A stretch of DNA of 64,000 bases, taken from positions 10,168,001-10,232,000 of the forward strand of contig NC_088858.1 of assembly GCF_963853765.1 (NCBI RefSeq), given 5' to 3'. This document shows, one piece after another, positions 61,901 to 64,000 of this stretch; positions within the stretch are counted from its first letter, which is position 1; each line of letters opens with the position of its first letter. The notes under the pieces were generated by a model that had not been told where the DNA came from, searched no databases, and saw only the letters and a list, made by a program, of their open reading frames with translations. Both the position numbers and the translations under genes were made by a program. The DNA is from Magallana gigas (taxonomy: Eukaryota).

Positions 61901-64000
61901 GCAATTTAGAATTATTAAAAAATCCTGTCTTGTTGAATTTTACACATTTTGAATGCCAATCAGAGATTGATTAGTATTTGACGAATGTCTAAAATTTTGA
62001 CTCGTGTCTTAAATATCTGATGACCATGGATCCTTGACTATTTACAGAAAGACGTTTGGCTAAAAGAAGCTGCAGATGATCTTGAAAAAAGGAAGATTCG
62101 AGTATATGCTGTCCCCGTTTGTAGTTCTGAACCGGTGTGTATACGTATTGGTGAAATGTAATGCCAATGTCGAACGAAGATTAAGCACTATGAACAACAT
62201 AGTGTTGTTTTGTTTCAGGAAATGATGGAAACAGTCTGCAAAACAACACATGGAAAGATGTACAACATCAATGAGACCCATAAACTTATCAAAATGACCC
62301 AAAATACGGTTTGGATAATACAACACTTTTCTTAATAGTAGTAAATTATTGATATAAAATAGATGAAAAATTACCCTCGATAGATAAACTAGTAATAAGA
62401 ATTTAAACACTTCTTTGATGTGATTCCTTTGTCAAGCAGTTAAAAATTTACCTGTGACAGTCCGATAATATTTAATATCAGACTGTAACCTTTGGTTACA
62501 GTAATAATATCCTCCAAAATCGGACTGTATCATGTAAACCAACAATGAAATTTAATGGCAGTGTTTTAAGTACGATATCTACGGTAAAAGTTCTGTATGG
62601 AAAAATATCAGACAGTCCTCGAAACTCTCTGATATTTCTTCATACAGAACTTTTTACGGTATATATCCATTAATAATACTCATCCCTTATATAATTCTGA
62701 TATTATCGTATGTGCTTTATTGAACACATCTTTATGTCCCCAACTGTATAGAGATCTATTTAAACACATTTAATAATAAATTTAAAGGTTAAAATCATAT
62801 TCTGCATCAGTTGTATAAACGAGAGCTAATCTTTAAACATAGGATGAAACATTTTGCCCTAAACAAAAAAATTTTTGAACTTTATTTCAGATACAAGCGA
62901 TCAATATGATTGGGGATGGATTTGATTTTGATGGTGCATCAGCAGGGAAACAAAGCTCGCCGGAATTTTCCAAACATATGCTTGGACCAGACTGGGTATA
63001 AAGCATTTCAACATAACGTTGTTGGCAGTCTCACATATTTACCAAACCTTAAAGAACCACACTTATTATAAAATAGATAATGAATGTTTACAGGAAGAAG
63101 TTGAACATCTGGGAAAGTTTTTGGTTAATGAGGTTTCTTTCATGAGTAATAGAGAGCTTGAAGGTAGTCACCTCCCTCCATTAGGTTCTCGGGTCAGAAG
63201 AGGACCAGATTGGAAATATAATAACCAGGATCAGGGTGGACCAGGGACAATAGTAGGCCATGATGGAGGTACAGTATCTGAAGCTGAGTTTAAAGTCAAT
63301 TTGTGAAGAAATTTCAGTCTACATACTGTAAGCTTAGTTTTTAACAAAGATAAAGAAACTGTCATAGAAACAGGTTTTGTTAAAGATATGTAAAATAAGT
63401 GTATACGTACAAGTATTTTTACACCATTCAGATTGTAGATTTTATCCACAAGACAACATCTTCAAAGTTGCAAATTAAAGTTCTTTGTGATTTCTTTTAA
63501 AAATTAATGCAATAGAAAAGAATGAGAAGGTAATTTGATCCATGTAGAAATGAACAGATTTTTCTTTTTTTATCATTAGAAATTGTTTATACAGATAATC
63601 ACGCATCTTTTTGAAAAATCAAAAAGGCTTAAACAAAACCATTCCATTACATAGAAATGCAATTGCAATATTCGACAAATGATAATTTCCCGAATTATTT
63701 GCAACTTGCTCTTTGAATTTCAGATCATATAAGTGTTTGGGTTGAATGGGATTGCGGTCATAAAAACGTATATACATTTAGCCCATTATTTGGCAGAGAC
63801 CTTGTATTGGTCGACGAGCCGCGTGTTCTTTTTGACGAAATAATTGCTGTGGGATGTTTAGTTGAACGAGGTGACATTTTAACTATCTTCCTTATTAGAC
63901 AGTTTTAATCGCTTTTGACATCATCGTTTTCGTTGACAAAATTGTTCTTATAAAACAAATTAACTGTTACAGTAACTGACTGGAAATATGGAGATCAAGA
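58904..64000 (+). CDS. Coiled-coil + low-complexity + vWA + tandem MIB/HERC2-domain protein, 3' end beyond the window; exons 58904-58939, 59037-59122, 59250-59281, 59796-60405, 60601-60644, 60721-60807, 61014-61139, 61226-61348, 61457-61531, 61616-61740, 62048-62134, 62219-62308, 62891-62995, 63094-63268, 63724-63870, 63973->64000
   Basis: All phases are consistent (~658 codons in the window). MIDAS-type LLLDMSGSM, GIATFG, IILFSDG and RVYAV; GSRVRRGPDWKYNNQDQGGPGTIV...VWVEWD; second repeat VGCLVERVTDWKYGDQD. Confidence 0.85.
62580..62661. repeat. Intronic inverted repeat (~37-bp arms, 7-nt loop), probably the core of a ~250-bp MITE
   Basis: TACGGTAAAAGTTCTGTATGGAAAAATATCAGACAGT pairs with ACTCTCTGATATTTCTTCATACAGAACTTTTTACGGTA; outer CGATAAT...ATTATCG repeats at ~62462 and ~62706. 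Confidence 0.7.

Overview
This is AT-rich, intron-containing eukaryotic DNA. The Cg170-like satellite carried in Helentron-type non-autonomous elements points to an oyster (Crassostrea/Magallana); that assignment is inferred, not database-checked. Positions ~0-24 kb hold a tandem array of four genes for an unnamed secreted protein: signal peptide, Gly/Asn/Pro/Arg-rich segment, two Tyr-rich Kunitz domains with Pro at the P1-equivalent position, and a (PNxPNxPM)n tail. Copies 1 and 2 are intact (390 aa each), copy 3 has a premature stop, copy 4 is frameshifted to a tail-less form, and there are two tail-only relics. Three different transposon insertions sit within ~40 bp of the stop codon in three paralogues. 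Positions 24.1-46.7 kb are a tandem duplication whose junction (37520/37521) joins a Kunitz tail to the 3' half of a ZNF474-like C2HC zinc-finger gene. The intact ZNF474-like gene (minus strand, 10 fingers plus a hidden cassette finger exon) lies head-to-head with a complete 13-exon ULK3 gene that has a GC-AG intron, an overlapping uORF and a C-terminal CaaX motif. The window ends inside a coiled-coil + vWA + tandem MIB/HERC2 gene. All exon models were built by hand from splice signals and frame continuity; none is confirmed by transcript data.
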